NCBI GenBank assembly: GCA_045646345.1
Contig: JAZRKN010000011.1
Location: 64,001-128,000, forward strand
DNA: 64,000 nt
Direction of reading: 5' to 3'
From: Candidatus Scatovivens sp.
GTDB taxonomy: Bacteria; Bacillota; Clostridia; TANB77; CAG-508
In this document: one piece after another, positions 1 through 13,000 of the stretch
Numbering within the stretch: position 1 is the first letter of the stretch
How the letters are laid out: each line of letters starts with the position of its first letter
The notes under the pieces: model-generated
The model's database searches: none
Seen by the model: the letters and a program-made list of their open reading frames with translations, nothing else
Told to the model about the DNA's origin: nothing
Position numbers and translations under genes: made by a program

Positions 1-1
1 A

Positions 2-3000
2 TATTTAGAACAAACTACTGGTAGAGTGCTAGCAGAAGAAAAAGTGGTAACAGGAAAAGCATTTAAAGAAACTGTGACAGTAGAAGCTGTTGATGTTGTT
101 GGTTTTGCAAAAATAAATCCAACAGAATCTTTAATAATAGAAGTTGCTGGAAATGAAATTATTTTCTATTATAAAAAAATAGATGGATTAAGCTATACAG
201 TAAATTATTTAGAACAAGAAAATAATCAATTAATAGCAACAAGTAAAATTGTTGATGGAAAAACTTTTGAGGAACAAGTAAAAGAAGAAGCAATTGATGT
301 AGAAGGATATGATAAAGTAGATCCAATAGAAGCATCAATAGTAATTGGTGTAGGAGAAAATGTAATTAATTTTTATTACACAAAGAGAACTGACTTAAGC
401 TATACAGTAAAATATTTAGAAAAAGAAACAGGAAATGAATTATCAGAAATAAAAACAGTAAGTGGTCAAACATATAAATCTGAAGTAACAGAAGAAGCAA
501 TTGATATCTCAGGATATGACAAAGTTGCTCCAAACGAAAAAACAATTATAGTAGATGTTACAGGAAATGAAATTACATTCTATTATACAAAAAGAACAGA
601 TTTAAGCTATACAGTAAAATATTTAGAACAAGGAACAAATGAAGTATTAGCTGACGAAAAAGTTGTAAATAGTCAAACATATAAATCAGTAGCAACAGAA
701 GAAGCAATTGACATCTCAGGATATGATAAAGTAGACCCAACAGAAAAAACAATAACAATAGAAGTAACAGGAAATGAAATAATATTCTACTATACAAAAA
801 GAACAGATTTAACTTATATAGTAAAATACTTAGAGCAAGGTTCAAATGAAGTGTTATCTGAAGATAAAGTAGTAAATAGTCAAAGATATAAAGATACAGT
901 TACAGAAGAAGCAATTGAAATTTCAGGATATGACAAAGTAGAACCAACAGAAAAATCAATAACAGTAGAAGTAACAGGAAACGAAATTGTATTCTATTAT
1001 ACAAAACGTACAGATTTAAGTTATACGGTTAAATACTTAGAGCAAGGAACAGATAGAATTTTAGCAGAAGAGAAAGTGGTAACAGGAAGAACATATAAAG
1101 AAACAATAACAGAAGATGCAGTAAATGTAGTAGGATTTACAAAAGTAAATCCACAAGAAACAATAATTATAGAAGTATCTGATAATGAGATGATTTTTTA
1201 CTATAAAAAAGTAGAGGGATTAAGTTATACAGTAAATTATTATGAAAATGGAACAGATACAAAAGTTTCTGAAAGCAAAGTCGTTGACGGAAAAATATTT
1301 GAAGAACAAGTGACAGAAGATGCTATTGAAGTAGAAGGATATGACAAAGAAGAACCAATTCAAAAATCAATAGTAATTGGTGTTGGTGAAAATGTAATCA
1401 ATTTCTATTACACAAAGAGAAGTGATTTAGAGTATACAGTAAAATATTTAGAACAAGGAACTAATGAAGTATTAGCTGACGAAAAAGTTGTAACAGATCA
1501 AACATTTAAAATGGATGTTACAGAAGAAGCTATAGAAATATCTGGATATGACAAAGTAGAGCCAACAACTCAAACAATAACAGTAGAAGTATCCGGAAAC
1601 GAAATAATATTCTACTATACAAAGAGAGTAGACTTAAGCTACACAGTAAAATACTTAGAAGAAGGTTCAAACAACGTATTATCTGAAGATAAAGTTGTAA
1701 ATAACCAAAGATATCAAGATACAGTTACAGAAGAAGCGATAGAGATTTCAGGATATGACAAAGTAGATCCAACAGAAAAATCAATAACAGTAGAAGTAAC
1801 AGGAAACGAAATTGTATTCTATTACACAAAGAGAACAGACTTAAGTTATACAGTAAAATATTTAGAACAAGCTTCTAATGAAGTGTTGGCTGAAAATAAA
1901 GTGGTAAATAGACAAACATATAAATCAGTAGTGGCAGAAGAAGCAGTTGACATTTCAGGATATGACAAAGTAGACCCAACAGAAAAAACAATAACAATAG
2001 AAGTAACAGGAAACGAAATTATATTCTATTACACAAAGAGAACAGACTTAAGTTATACAGTTAAATATTTAGAACAAGGAACAAATGAAGTATTAGCTGA
2101 CGAAAAAGTTGTAAATAGTCAAACATATAAATCAGTAGTGACAGAAGAAGCGGTTGATATCTCAGGATATGACAAAGTAAACCCAACAGAAAAAACAATA
2201 ACAATAGAAGTAACAGGAAATGAAATAATATTCTACTATACAAAAAGAACAGATTTAACTTATATAGTAAAATATTTAGAACAAGGTTCAAATGAAGTGT
2301 TATCTGAAGATAAAGTAGTAAATGGTCAAAGATATAAAGATACAGTTACAGAAGATGCAATTGAAATTTCAGGATATGACAAAGTAGAACCAACAGAAAA
2401 AACAATAACAATAAAAGTAACAGGAAATGAAATTGTATTCTATTACACAAAACGTACAGATTTAAGTTATACAGTAAAATACTTAGAACAAGAAACTGAT
2501 AGGGTATTGGCAGAAGAAAAAGTTGTAGATGGATTAACATATAAAGCTATAGTAACAGAGAATGCAATTAATGTTTTAGGATTTACAAAAGTTAATACAC
2601 AAGAAAAAATAACAATAGGAGTAAGTGGAAATGAAATAATCTTCTATTATAAAAAAGTAGAAGGATTAGCATATACAGTAAATTACTTAGAGCAAGGAAC
2701 AAATGAAGTGGTTGCTCCAAGTAAAAATGTAGATGGAAAAACTTTTGAAGAAGTAGTAACAGAAAAAGCAATTGATGTAGAAGGATATGACAAAGTTTCT
2801 CCGATAGAATCTACAATAATAATTGGAATTGAAGAGAATGTAATTAATTTCTATTACACAAAACGTACAGATTTAAGCTATACGGTAAGATATTTAGAAC
2901 AAGATTCTAATAGGGAGTTGGCACTTGCAAAAACGGTAGATGGAAAAACATTTAAAGAGCAAATAACAGAAGTTGCAAGAGATATTGAAGGCTATAATAA

Positions 3001-5677
3001 AGTAGGAAACACTGAAGCAACAATAACAATCGAAGTAAATGGTAATGAAATTATATTCTACTATGCAAAGAGAACAGATTTGGCTTATACAGTAAAATAT
3101 TTAGAACAAGATACAAATGAAGTTTTATTAACAGAGAAAGTTGTAGAAGGAAGAACATTCCAAGAAGTTATAACAGAGCAAGCAGCAGATATTGCAGGTT
3201 ATAGCAAAGTTAATTTAGAAGAAACAATAACAATGGAAGTAAGTGGAAATGAAATTAAATTCTACTATACAAAGAAAACAGACATTGAGTATACAGTTGA
3301 ATTCTATTATGATGGAGTAATTGATACGTCTAAAACAGAAGTGCATCAAGGAACATTTAAAGGAATTGTTGACAATTATACAGATAATGTGATTTTCGGA
3401 TATAGATTAGATGAAGAAATAAACTTCCCATTACAAATTAGTGCTGATTCATCAGAAAATACAATTAAAATTTATTATGTGATTGATGATACACAAACAA
3501 AAGATATTTCATATACAGTTGAGTATTATAAAGAAGGAACATTAATTGATATAGATACACAAGTTAATACAAAAACTGTTCAAGTACTAGAACCTGACGT
3601 GTTACAAGTGAATAAAAATGATATTAATATAGTTGACAAATATTTTGGTTATAGATTAGATTCTACAGAACCTACTCAAATACCAAATGAAGTTAACAAT
3701 GGAGATGTAATTAGAGTTTATTATGTAATTGACGAAGGAAATACTAAAAAATTAACATATACAGTTGAATATTACAAAGAAGGTGTTTTAGTCGAAAATG
3801 ATACACAAACAGTAAGTGAAACTGTTCAAATATTACAACCAGATACTTTAGATGTTAGAAAAGGTGAAATCAATACATTAAATAAATATGTTGGATACAA
3901 ATTAAAAGAAACAACACCAGCTATAATTCCGGACAAAATAGCTACAGGGGAAACAATTAAAGTTTACTATGTAATTGATGAAAACCAAAGAAAAGATTTA
4001 AGCTATACAATTGAATATTATAAAGATGGTATATTACAACCAGAAGAAACAAAAGAAGTTTCTATAAATGTACAATTACTAAAACCTGATACAATTCCTG
4101 TAGATAAAGCAGAAATGGTATTGTCAGGAAAATATGTAGGATACAGATTAGAAAAAACTTCACCATCTGAAATTCCAACTATAGCTAATAATGGAGATGT
4201 AATTAGAATTTATTACATTAAAGATCAATTTAACTATACTGTAGAATATTACTATGATGGACAAATTGATAATACAAAAACAGATGTATTTACAGCTACA
4301 TATGATGATGTAATTACAGAATATGCAGATAAAAACATATTTGGTTACAGATTAGAGAAAACTGAAAGACTACCACTTAAAGTTTCTGAAAAACCAGAAG
4401 AAAATGTTATTAAAGTATATTATATAGTTGATGATGGAAATACAAAAACTTTAAGTTATAAAGTAGAATATTATATGGATGGTATCTTACAAGAAGGTGA
4501 TACTCAAATAGAATATAAAACAGTTCAAATATTACAACCAGACACATTAAATGTTGATAAATCAAAAATTAATTTGGTTGACAAATATGTGGGATATAAA
4601 CTTGAAAAAACAGAACCAAATTCAATACCAGATGTTGCTACAACAGGTGATGTATACAAAGTTTATTATGTGAAAGATACATTTGGCTATATAGTAGAAT
4701 ATTACTATGAAGGACAATTAAAAGAAGAGAAAACAGAATCATTATCAGCATTATATGATGTAATGATTGATACATATCCAAATAAAGATGAAGGAAAATA
4801 CTATGTAGATTATACAGAAAATTTCCCAATGAAAATCTCTGAGAATACAAATAATAATGTAATAAAAGTTCATTATGAAAAAAGATTATCAACAATAACT
4901 GTTCATTATTATTGTGATAATATGAATGATTCAGAAAAAGTGACAAATGCAGGAAATGGAACAACAGGAGAAGGTGAATCAAAAAATAAAAAAGTTTCAA
5001 TAAGTCAAGATATTGTTATAGAAGATAAGGTTGATACTGTTCATAAAATTTCTGAAGCAACAGATATTTCAGAAAAATATATACTAGTTTCAAAACCTGA
5101 AAAAGAAGAAATAACAATGACTGTTGAATCTCAAGAATTTGAATATATTTATAGATTAAAAGAAACAAAAGTTATCGTAAACTTTATTAATCAATTAACA
5201 GGTGAAATATTAGCAACAGATATTATTAAAGGACAAGTAGATGACATGTATCACGCTGTGCCTAAAGATATGCCTGGATTTGGATTTAAGCATGATGAAA
5301 TTCCAGAAAATGAAATTGGAAAAATGACTATGGAACCAATTACAGTAAATTTCTACTATCAACCATCTCCACAAGGAGAACCACCAGTAGCTGCTGTTAC
5401 ACCAGCTGAAAAACACAATTTTAAAGGGCAAGGACCTGCAACAGGTGATAGTATAGTAATTGTTTCTATGACTATTGTAGTGGCAATTATTGCTATAAAT
5501 ATTAATCAAGGAAAAACATTAAAAGTAAATACAAAAGATTTATTAAAAGGAGGTAAAAGAGTAAGAAAAGAGAGAATAGTTGGTAAACACCACACTGCCA
5601 AAAAACCAACTAGAGTGGCTAGAATGGAAAAAACTAGCAGAGTAGAAAAGAGTTGTAGAAGACAACGAAAACACTAA
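2..5677 (+). CDS. Large MucBP-like repeat surface protein, 5' end outside the window
   Basis: Frame is open from base 2 (YLEQTTGRV...). ~69-aa repeats SYTVKYLE...GYDKV...NEIIFYY. C-terminal GPATG, hydrophobic helix and basic tail, resembling a sortase sorting signal. Confidence 0.85.
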   Translation, partial: YLEQTTGRVLAEEKVVTGKAFKETVTVEAVDVVGFAKINPTESLIIEVAGNEIIFYYKKIDGLSYTVNYLEQENNQLIATSKIVDGKTFEEQVKEEAIDVEGYDKVDPIEASIVIGVGENVINFYYTKRTDLSYTVKYLEKETGNELSEIKTVSGQTYKSEVTEEAIDISGYDKVAPNEKTIIVDVTGNEITFYYTKRTDLSYTVKYLEQGTNEVLADEKVVNSQTYKSVATEEAIDISGYDKVDPTEKTITIEVTGNEIIFYYTKRTDLTYIVKYLEQGSNEVLSEDKVVNSQRYKDTVTEEAIEISGYDKVEPTEKSITVEVTGNEIVFYYTKRTDLSYTVKYLEQGTDRILAEEKVVTGRTYKETITEDAVNVVGFTKVNPQETIIIEVSDNEMIFYYKKVEGLSYTVNYYENGTDTKVSESKVVDGKIFEEQVTEDAIEVEGYDKEEPIQKSIVIGVGENVINFYYTKRSDLEYTVKYLEQGTNEVLADEKVVTDQTFKMDVTEEAIEISGYDKVEPTTQTITVEVSGNEIIFYYTKRVDLSYTVKYLEEGSNNVLSEDKVVNNQRYQDTVTEEAIEISGYDKVDPTEKSITVEVTGNEIVFYYTKRTDLSYTVKYLEQASNEVLAENKVVNRQTYKSVVAEEAVDISGYDKVDPTEKTITIEVTGNEIIFYYTKRTDLSYTVKYLEQGTNEVLADEKVVNSQTYKSVVTEEAVDISGYDKVNPTEKTITIEVTGNEIIFYYTKRTDLTYIVKYLEQGSNEVLSEDKVVNGQRYKDTVTEDAIEISGYDKVEPTEKTITIKVTGNEIVFYYTKRTDLSYTVKYLEQETDRVLAEEKVVDGLTYKAIVTENAINVLGFTKVNTQEKITIGVSGNEIIFYYKKVEGLAYTVNYLEQGTNEVVAPSKNVDGKTFEEVVTEKAIDVEGYDKVSPIESTIIIGIEENVINFYYTKRTDLSYTVRYLEQDSNRELALAKTVDGKTFKEQITEVARDIEGYNKVGNTEATITIEVNGNEIIFYYAKRTDLAYTVKYLEQDTNEVLLTEKVVEGRTFQEVITEQAADIAGYSKVNLEETITMEVSGNEIKFYYTKKTDIEYTVEFYYDGVIDTSKTEVHQGTFKGIVDNYTDNVIFGYRLDEEINFPLQISADSSENTIKIYYVIDDTQTKDISYTVEYYKEGTLIDIDTQVNTKTVQVLEPDVLQVNKNDINIVDKYFGYRLDSTEPTQIPNEVNNGDVIRVYYVIDEGNTKKLTYTVEYYKEGVLVENDTQTVSETVQILQPDTLDVRKGEINTLNKYVGYKLKETTPAIIPDKIATGETIKVYYVIDENQRKDLSYTIEYYKDGILQPEETKEVSINVQLLKPDTIPVDKAEMVLSGKYVGYRLEKTSPSEIPTIANNGDVIRIYYIKDQFNYTVEYYYDGQIDNTKTDVFTATYDDVITEYADKNIFGYRLEKTERLPLKVSEKPEENVIKVYYIVDDGNTKTLSYKVEYYMDGILQEGDTQIEYKTVQILQPDTLNVDKSKINLVDKYVGYKLEKTEPNSIPDVATTGDVYKVYYVKDTFGYIVEYYYEGQLKEEKTESLSALYDVMIDTYPNKDEGKYYVDYTENFPMKISENTNNNVIKVHYEKRLSTITVHYYCDNMNDSEKVTNAGNGTTGEGESKNKKVSISQDIVIEDKVDTVHKISEATDISEKYILVSKPEKEEITMTVESQEFEYIYRLKETKVIVNFINQLTGEILATDIIKGQVDDMYHAVPKDMPGFGFKHDEIPENEIGKMTMEPITVNFYYQPSPQGEPPVAAVTPAEKHNFKGQGPATGDSIVIVSMTIVVAIIAININQGKTLKVNTKDLLKGGKRVRKERIVGKHHTAKKPTRVARMEKTSRVEKSCRRQRKH
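596..2472 (+). repeat. Near-identical ~430-bp intragenic duplication (596-1026 vs 2042-2472) within ~207-bp tandem units
   Basis: Direct comparison of DNA and protein repeats; offset 1446 bp. Confidence 0.8.
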
Positions 5678-5711
5678 TATAAAAAATAAATAAATTTAAT
5701 AAAAAGTTATG

Positions 5712-5746
5712 AAAAGGTTTACAAATTCCGAACTTGTAAGCCTTTT
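5712..5746 (+). terminator. Hairpin after the MucBP gene
   Basis: aaaaggtttacaa...ttgtaagcctttt inverted repeat. Confidence 0.5.
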
Positions 5747-5944
5747 CGTGCTGTTTGAAATGTTTTAATGAATTAATAAAGGCTCTATGTAATAAGAGTA
5801 AAAAAGTAAGAAAAATGATGGGAATTTTCTATAAATAATGATTATGCTTTTTATGGAAAAAAAGTTGTTACAGAAAAAATTAAAAATTTTTGAAATAAAA
5901 CGCGTCAAAACCTCGATTTCCCTAAGAAAAATATCAAAAAAAGC

Positions 5945-5973
5945 TTGACTATTTACTTATATTAATATATAAT
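5945..5973 (+). promoter_or_regulatory. SigA promoter of rpoBC
   Basis: TTGACT-17-TATAAT. Confidence 0.7.
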
Positions 5974-6189
5974 ATTGTAGTGATTTTAGGGGATAAGTCC
6001 GTCTTGTTTACCCTAGAATAATTATTACAGAAATTTAATAGGAGGAATTGATTAGGAGTGGAACTACTAGAAAATAGCGTTTTTTGGCAGGGATGCTATG
6101 GGCTGGTAACAACCTTCTATTGCAAGAGGGACCTATTAAGTTAATATATACATTACCTGCTAAATATTAAGTGAAGGTGGTATTTTATT

Positions 6190-9100
6190 TTGGGAAAAGT
6201 AAAAGTAAAAGACATTGTACATGAGAAAAGTGTACGTAAAACTTTTTCTAAAATTGGAGATTTCGTAGAAATCCCTAATTTGTTAAAAGTTCAAAAAGAT
6301 TCTTATGACTGGTTCATTAAAGAAGGATTAGGAGAAGTATTAAGAGATATTTCACCTATCGTGGACTATTCAGGAAATTTAGTTTTAGAATTCTTTGATT
6401 ACTACATGGAAGAAAAAACTAAATATACTTTAGAAGAATCTAAAGAAAGAGATGCTACTTATTCTACAAGACTTCACGTTAAAGTTAGATTAATTAACCG
6501 TGAAACTGGAGAAATTAAGGAGCAAGAAATTTATTTAGGAGACTTCCCACTTATGACAGAAAGTGGAACTTTCGTTATAAATGGTGCTGAGAGGGTTGTA
6601 GTAAGCCAATTAGTTCGTTCTCCTGGATGTTACTTTGATTCAAGCTACGACAAAACTGGTAAAAAATTATATACTGGTTCTGTAATGCCAATAAGAGGAG
6701 CTTGGATTGAATATGAAACAGACAGTAACGACATTTTCTGGGTAAGATTAGACAGAACTAGAAAATTACCAGTTACATGTTTATTAAGAGCTATAGGATT
6801 AGATACTGACGAAAAAATAATTGATTTTTTCGGAGAAGAAGATAAAATTTTAGCAACAATCGCTAAAGATCCTATAAAAAATGCTGATGAAGCTTTAATT
6901 GAAATCTACAAAAAATTAAGACCAGGTGAATTACCTACTGTAGATGCAGCAAGAAGCTTATTCGATGGATTATTCTTCGACAACAGAAGATATGATTTAT
7001 CAAAAGTTGGTAGATACAAATACAACAAAAAATTAAACTTAGCTTCAAGAATTGCTAACCATATTTCATGTGATTCAATAGTTAATCCAGAAACTGGAGA
7101 AGTTTTAGTTGAAAAAGACGAAAAAATTTCTAGAGAAGTAGCTAAAGAAATTCAAGATGCTGGTATTAATGTTGTATATGTTAATATTGAAGGAAAAAGA
7201 GCTAAAGTTATAGGAAATGGAACTGTTGATATAAGAGCTTATGTTGATCCAAAAATAGCAGAAGACTTAAAAATTAAAGTTGATGTTAACTATGGAGTAT
7301 TACAACATATCTTAGAAACAGCAAAAAATGATAAAGAATTAAGAAAAGCTATAGAAGAAAGTATGGATGAATTAATTCCAAAACATATCGTAACAGAAGA
7401 TATCCTTGCTTCTATAAACTACTTATTAAACTTAGAATACAATGTATTAATAGCAGACCCAGCAAAACCAAGATTAGGTGTTATAGATGATATAGATCAT
7501 TTAGGAAACAGAAGAATTAGATGTGTTGGTGAGTTATTACAAAACCAATTTAGAATTGGTTTAACAAGATTAGAAAGAGTTGTTCGTGAAAGAATGACAC
7601 TTCAAGATTTAGATGTTGTAACACCACAAAGTTTAATTAACACAAAACCAATTACATCATCAATTAGAGAATTCTTCGGAAGTTCTCAATTATCTCAATT
7701 CATGGATCAAACTAACCCATTATCAGAATTAACTCATAAGAGAAGAATTTCAGCATTAGGACCAGGTGGTTTATCTAGAGAAAGAGCTGGTTTTGAAGTT
7801 CGTGATATTCACTATACTCACTATGGTAGATTATGTCCAATTGAATCTCCTGAAGGTCCAAACATCGGATTAATCTCAGCACTTTCAACATTTGCTATTA
7901 TTAATGAATATGGATTTATCGAAACTCCATACAGAAAAATAGATAAAGAAACATGTAAAGTAACTGATGAAGTTAAATACATGACAGCTGATGAAGAAGA
8001 TCAATACATTATTTGCCAAGCTTCTGAAGAATTAGATGAAAACGGATGCTTAGTAAATAAAAGAGTTAGAGTAAGAGACAGAGCTGAAATTAAAGAAATT
8101 GCAAAAGAAATGGTAGATTATATCGACGTTTCTCCAAAACAATTAGTTTCAGTTGGTGCAGCAATGATACCTTTCTTAGAGCATGATGACGCTAACCGTG
8201 CCCTAATGGGATCAAACATGCAACGTCAAGCTGTTCCTTTAATGATTACAGATTCTCCAATGGTTGGAACTGGAATCGAATACAAAGCTGCTAAAGATTC
8301 AGGTGTTATGATACTTGCTGATGAAAACGGTGTTGTAGAAAAAGTAGAAGGTGACAAAATCGTTATTAAAAACGAAGCTGGACAAAAGAAAACTTATGTA
8401 TTAAGAAAATTCAAGAGAACAAATGGTAGTACATGTATTAACCAAAGACCAATAGTTAAAGAAGGAGAAATAGTTAAACGTGGTGATGTTATCGCCGACG
8501 GACCAGCTACTCAAAACGGAGAAATGGCTTTAGGTAAAAACTTACTTATCGCATTTACTACTTGGGAAGGTTATAACTACGAGGATGCTATTCTATTAAA
8601 TGAAAGATTAGTAAAAGAAGATGTTTTAACATCTATGCACATAGAAGATTACGATTGCGAATGTCGTGATACAAAATTAGGACCAGAAGAAATCACAAGA
8701 GATATACCAAACGTTGGTGAAGATTCTTTAAGAGATCTTGACGAAAATGGTATTATCAGAATTGGTGCTGAAGTTAGACCAGGTGATATCTTAGTTGGTA
8801 AAGTTACTCCAAAAGGAGAAACAGAATTAACTGCTGAAGAAAGATTATTAAGAGCTATCTTCGGTGAAAAAGCTAGAGAAGTTAGAGATACATCATTAAG
8901 AGTTCCACATGGTGAAGCTGGAACAATCGTTGACGTTAAAGTATTTACAAGAGAAAATTCAGACGAATTAGCTCCAGGAGTAAATCAAGTAATCAGAATT
9001 TATATCGCTCAAAAGAGAAAAATCTCTGTTGGTGATAAAATGGCTGGACGTCACGGAAACAAAGGTGTTATTTCAAGAATATTACCAGAAGAAGATATGC

Positions 9101-9936
9101 CATTCTTACCAGATGGAACACCAGTAGACGTTGTATTAAACCCACTTGGTGTACCTTCTCGTATGAACTTAGGGCAAGTTTTAGAAGTTCACTTAGGTGC
9201 AGCTGCAAGACTATTAGGATGGAAAATGGCTACACCAGTATTTGATGGTGCAACAGAAGAAGATATCGAATCTATGTTAGAAATGGCTGGACTTGAGACT
9301 TCAGGAAAAACAACATTGTATGATGGTAGAACTGGAGAAGCATTTGATAAACCAGTTACAGTTGGTGTAATGTACATGTTAAAACTTCACCACTTAGTTG
9401 ATGATAAAATACATGCTCGTTCTACTGGACCATACTCACTTGTTACTCAACAACCACTTGGAGGTAAAGCTCAATTCGGTGGACAAAGATTTGGTGAGAT
9501 GGAGGTTTGGGCACTTGAAGCTTATGGTGCTGCTTACACATTACAAGAAATCTTAACAGTAAAATCTGACGATGTTGTAGGTAGGGTAAAAACTTATGAA
9601 GCTATCGTTAAAGGTGAAAATATTCCTGAACCAGGAATTCCAGAATCTTTCAAAGTATTAATAAAAGAACTTCAATCTTTAGGATTAGATGTTAAACTTT
9701 ATAGTGAAACAAACGAAGAGATTGAAATTAAAGAACATACTGAAGAAGGTATGGACGGAATTGAAGAAAGAATCGACGAAAGTGAACTTGAAGCAGATAA
9801 CTTAATAGAAGTTTCTGAAGACGAATTAGAAGAACAAGATGATTTAGAAGATGAATTCTTCACAAATATATTAGATGATGAAGATATTTCTGATGATGAA
9901 ATATTTACAGATTTAGATTCTGAAGACGAAGACTAA
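6190..9936 (+). CDS. rpoB: RNA polymerase beta subunit
   Basis: [22 protein letters not shown] and [14 protein letters not shown] motifs; TTG start after GAAGGTGG. Confidence 0.99.
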   Translation: MGKVKVKDIVHEKSVRKTFSKIGDFVEIPNLLKVQKDSYDWFIKEGLGEVLRDISPIVDYSGNLVLEFFDYYMEEKTKYTLEESKERDATYSTRLHVKVRLINRETGEIKEQEIYLGDFPLMTESGTFVINGAERVVVSQLVRSPGCYFDSSYDKTGKKLYTGSVMPIRGAWIEYETDSNDIFWVRLDRTRKLPVTCLLRAIGLDTDEKIIDFFGEEDKILATIAKDPIKNADEALIEIYKKLRPGELPTVDAARSLFDGLFFDNRRYDLSKVGRYKYNKKLNLASRIANHISCDSIVNPETGEVLVEKDEKISREVAKEIQDAGINVVYVNIEGKRAKVIGNGTVDIRAYVDPKIAEDLKIKVDVNYGVLQHILETAKNDKELRKAIEESMDELIPKHIVTEDILASINYLLNLEYNVLIADPAKPRLGVIDDIDHLGNRRIRCVGELLQNQFRIGLTRLERVVRERMTLQDLDVVTPQSLINTKPITSSIREFFGSSQLSQFMDQTNPLSELTHKRRISALGPGGLSRERAGFEVRDIHYTHYGRLCPIESPEGPNIGLISALSTFAIINEYGFIETPYRKIDKETCKVTDEVKYMTADEEDQYIICQASEELDENGCLVNKRVRVRDRAEIKEIAKEMVDYIDVSPKQLVSVGAAMIPFLEHDDANRALMGSNMQRQAVPLMITDSPMVGTGIEYKAAKDSGVMILADENGVVEKVEGDKIVIKNEAGQKKTYVLRKFKRTNGSTCINQRPIVKEGEIVKRGDVIADGPATQNGEMALGKNLLIAFTTWEGYNYEDAILLNERLVKEDVLTSMHIEDYDCECRDTKLGPEEITRDIPNVGEDSLRDLDENGIIRIGAEVRPGDILVGKVTPKGETELTAEERLLRAIFGEKAREVRDTSLRVPHGEAGTIVDVKVFTRENSDELAPGVNQVIRIYIAQKRKISVGDKMAGRHGNKGVISRILPEEDMPFLPDGTPVDVVLNPLGVPSRMNLGQVLEVHLGAAARLLGWKMATPVFDGATEEDIESMLEMAGLETSGKTTLYDGRTGEAFDKPVTVGVMYMLKLHHLVDDKIHARSTGPYSLVTQQPLGGKAQFGGQRFGEMEVWALEAYGAAYTLQEILTVKSDDVVGRVKTYEAIVKGENIPEPGIPESFKVLIKELQSLGLDVKLYSETNEEIEIKEHTEEGMDGIEERIDESELEADNLIEVSEDELEEQDDLEDEFFTNILDDEDISDDEIFTDLDSEDED

Positions 9937-10097
9937 TAAATAAATTTTATAATTAAATATTAAATGTTTCTAAGGTGTTTTGAATTCATAATAAAATGTG
10001 CAGCAGTGTATATTCAAAATACCTTGGGAATACGGTAAATATAATATTTGCCACCTAAATAAAAATAAATTTAAAAATTAAGGGGGCTACTTTAAAA

Positions 10098-13000
10098 GTG
10101 GAAGAATTAGAAGTTTTTAATAAGTTAAAAATAGGATTAGCTTCAGATGAGAAAATTAGAGAATGGTCTCATGGAGAAGTTAAAAAACCAGAAACTATTA
10201 ACTACAGAACTTTAAAACCAGAAAAAGATGGTTTATTTTGTGAAAAAATATTTGGTCCAACAAAAGACTGGGAATGTCATTGTGGAAAATATAAAAGAGT
10301 AAGATATAAAGGAATCGTTTGTGATAGATGTGGTGTTGAAGTTACTACAGCCAAAGTAAGAAGAGAAAGAATGGGACACATTGAACTTGCTGCTCCAATC
10401 GCTCATATTTGGTATTTCAAAGGAATTCCAAGTAGAATTGGTTTATTACTTGATATCTCTCCAAGAAGTTTAGAGAAAGTTATATACTTTGCGTCTTATA
10501 TCGTTACAGATAAAGGAACTTCAGGATTATTAAAATGTCAAGTATTAACAGAAAAAGAATACGTTGAAGCTGAAGAAAAATATGGAAAAGGATCTTTCAA
10601 AGCTGAAATGGGTGCTGAAGCTATAAAAAAATTATTAGCTGAATTAGATATCGAAAAATTATCAGCACAATTAAAGAAAGAACTTGCTAAAGCAAGTGAA
10701 CAAAAAAGAGCAAAAATCATTAAAAGATTAGATACAGTTGAATCATTCAGAGTTTCTGAAAACAAACCTGAATGGATGGTAATGAATGTAGTACCAGTAA
10801 TTCCACCAGAATTAAGACCAATGGTTCAATTAGATGGTGGTAGATTTGCTACATCTGACTTAAATGATTTATATAGAAGAGTTATTAACAGAAATAACAG
10901 ATTAAAAAGATTATTAGAACTTGGAGCACCAGAAATAATCGTTAGAAACGAAAAAAGAATGCTTCAAGAATCAGTAGATGCTTTAATAGATAATGGAAGA
11001 AGAGGAAGACCAGTAACAGGTGCTGGAAATAGACCTTTAAAATCATTATCAGATATGCTTAAAGGAAAACAAGGTAGATTCCGTCAAAACCTTTTAGGTA
11101 AGAGGGTTGACTACTCTGGACGTTCAGTTATCGTTGTTGGTCCAGAATTAAAAATTTATCAATGTGGTCTTCCAAAAGAAATGGCTGTTGAGTTATTCAA
11201 ACCATTTGTTATGAAAGAATTAGTTGGTAGAGGAATTGCTCATAACATAAAAAATGCTAAAAGAATGGTTGAAAAATTAAGACCAGAAGTATGGGATACC
11301 TTAGAAGAAGTTATTCAAGATCACCCAGTAATGTTAAACCGTGCGCCTACTCTTCACAGATTAGGTATTCAAGCATTCCAACCAATCCTTGTTGAAGGTA
11401 GAGCTATTAAACTTCACCCATTAGTTTGTACAGCGTTCAACGCTGACTTCGACGGTGACCAAATGGCTGTTCACGTTCCTTTAACACCAGAAGCAATTGC
11501 AGAAGCTAGATACTTAATGTTATCTACAAACAACCTTTTAAAACCTCAAGATGGTAAACCAGTTACAGTACCTACACAAGATATGATTCTTGGTGCTTAC
11601 TATTTAACACTTGAAACAGAAGGTGAAAAAGGTGAAGGTATGTACTTCAAAGATGAAGATGAAGCTATGATGGCTTATCAAAATGGAGATGTTGGATTAC
11701 ATGCTAGAATTAAAGTAAGAAGATTTAAAACAGACGAAGATGGAACAGTTAGATCTAAAACAATTTCAACAACTGTTGGTAGATTAATTTATAACCAAGG
11801 AATTCCTCAAGATTTAGGTTTTGTTGATAGAACAGATCCAGAAAAAGAATTCGATTTAGAAATTGATTTCCCAGTTATTAAAAAGAATTTAGGAAAAATT
11901 GTTGCAAACTGCATAAATGTTCATGGATTATCAAAAACAGCTGAAGTTTTAGACTATATTAAAGCTACAGGATATAAATTCTCAACAAAAGGTGCTATCA
12001 CAGTATCTGTTGCTGACGTTGCAGTTCCAGAAGCTAAAAAAGATATTTTAGCTAAAGCTGACGAAGATGTATCTCATGTATTTAGACAATATCAACGTGG
12101 TATGATTACTAACGACGAAAGATATGATGCTATTATTAAAATTTGGGAAAAAGCTACATCAGATGTTACAGAAGCAATGAAAACTAACTTTGATGAATTA
12201 AACCCAATATACATGATGGCTCAATCTGGTGCCCGTGGTAATATGAACCAATTAAGACAAATTGCTGGTATGCGTGGTCTTATGGCTAACACATCTGGTA
12301 AAGCAGTTGAAATTCCAGTTAAATCTTGTTTCCGTGAAGGTCTAGATGCTCTAGAATACTTCATTTCAGCACACGGTGCTAGAAAAGGTTTAACAGATAC
12401 AGCTTTAAGAACAGCTGACTCTGGATATTTAACAAGAAGATTAGTTGACGTTTCTCAAGATATTATAATTAGAGAACCTGATTGTGGATCTACAAGAGGA
12501 ATTGTTTTAGAAGATATTAAAGATGGAAACCAAATAATCGAACCATTAGAAGAAAGATTAGTTGGTAGATATGTTATAGAAGATGTTGTAAATCCAGAAA
12601 CAAAAGAAGTAATCGTTAATCCAGAAACAATGATTACAGACAAAATAGCTAAAGCTATTGTAAAAGCTGGAATTACACAAGTAACAGTTAGATCTATCTT
12701 AGAATGTAGAGCAAGACATGGAGCTTGTGCTAAATGCTATGGTATGGGATTAGCTACAAGAGAAATAGTAAACGAAGGAGAATCAGTAGGTATTATTGCA
12801 GCACAATCAATTGGTGAGCCTGGTACACAGCTTACAATGAGAACATTCCACACAGGTGGTGTTGCTGGAGGAGATATCACACAAGGTCTTCCAAGGGTTG
12901 AAGAGTTATTTGAAGCTAGAAATCCAAAAGGTTTAGCTATAATCACTGAAATTGACGGTACAGTTAAAATCAATGATGAGAAGAAGAGAAAAGAAGTTAT

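Noticed and set aside
2-3300. Regular repeats as a possible CRISPR array
   Set aside because: They are in-frame ~207-bp coding units without a repeat-spacer structure, and there are no cas genes.
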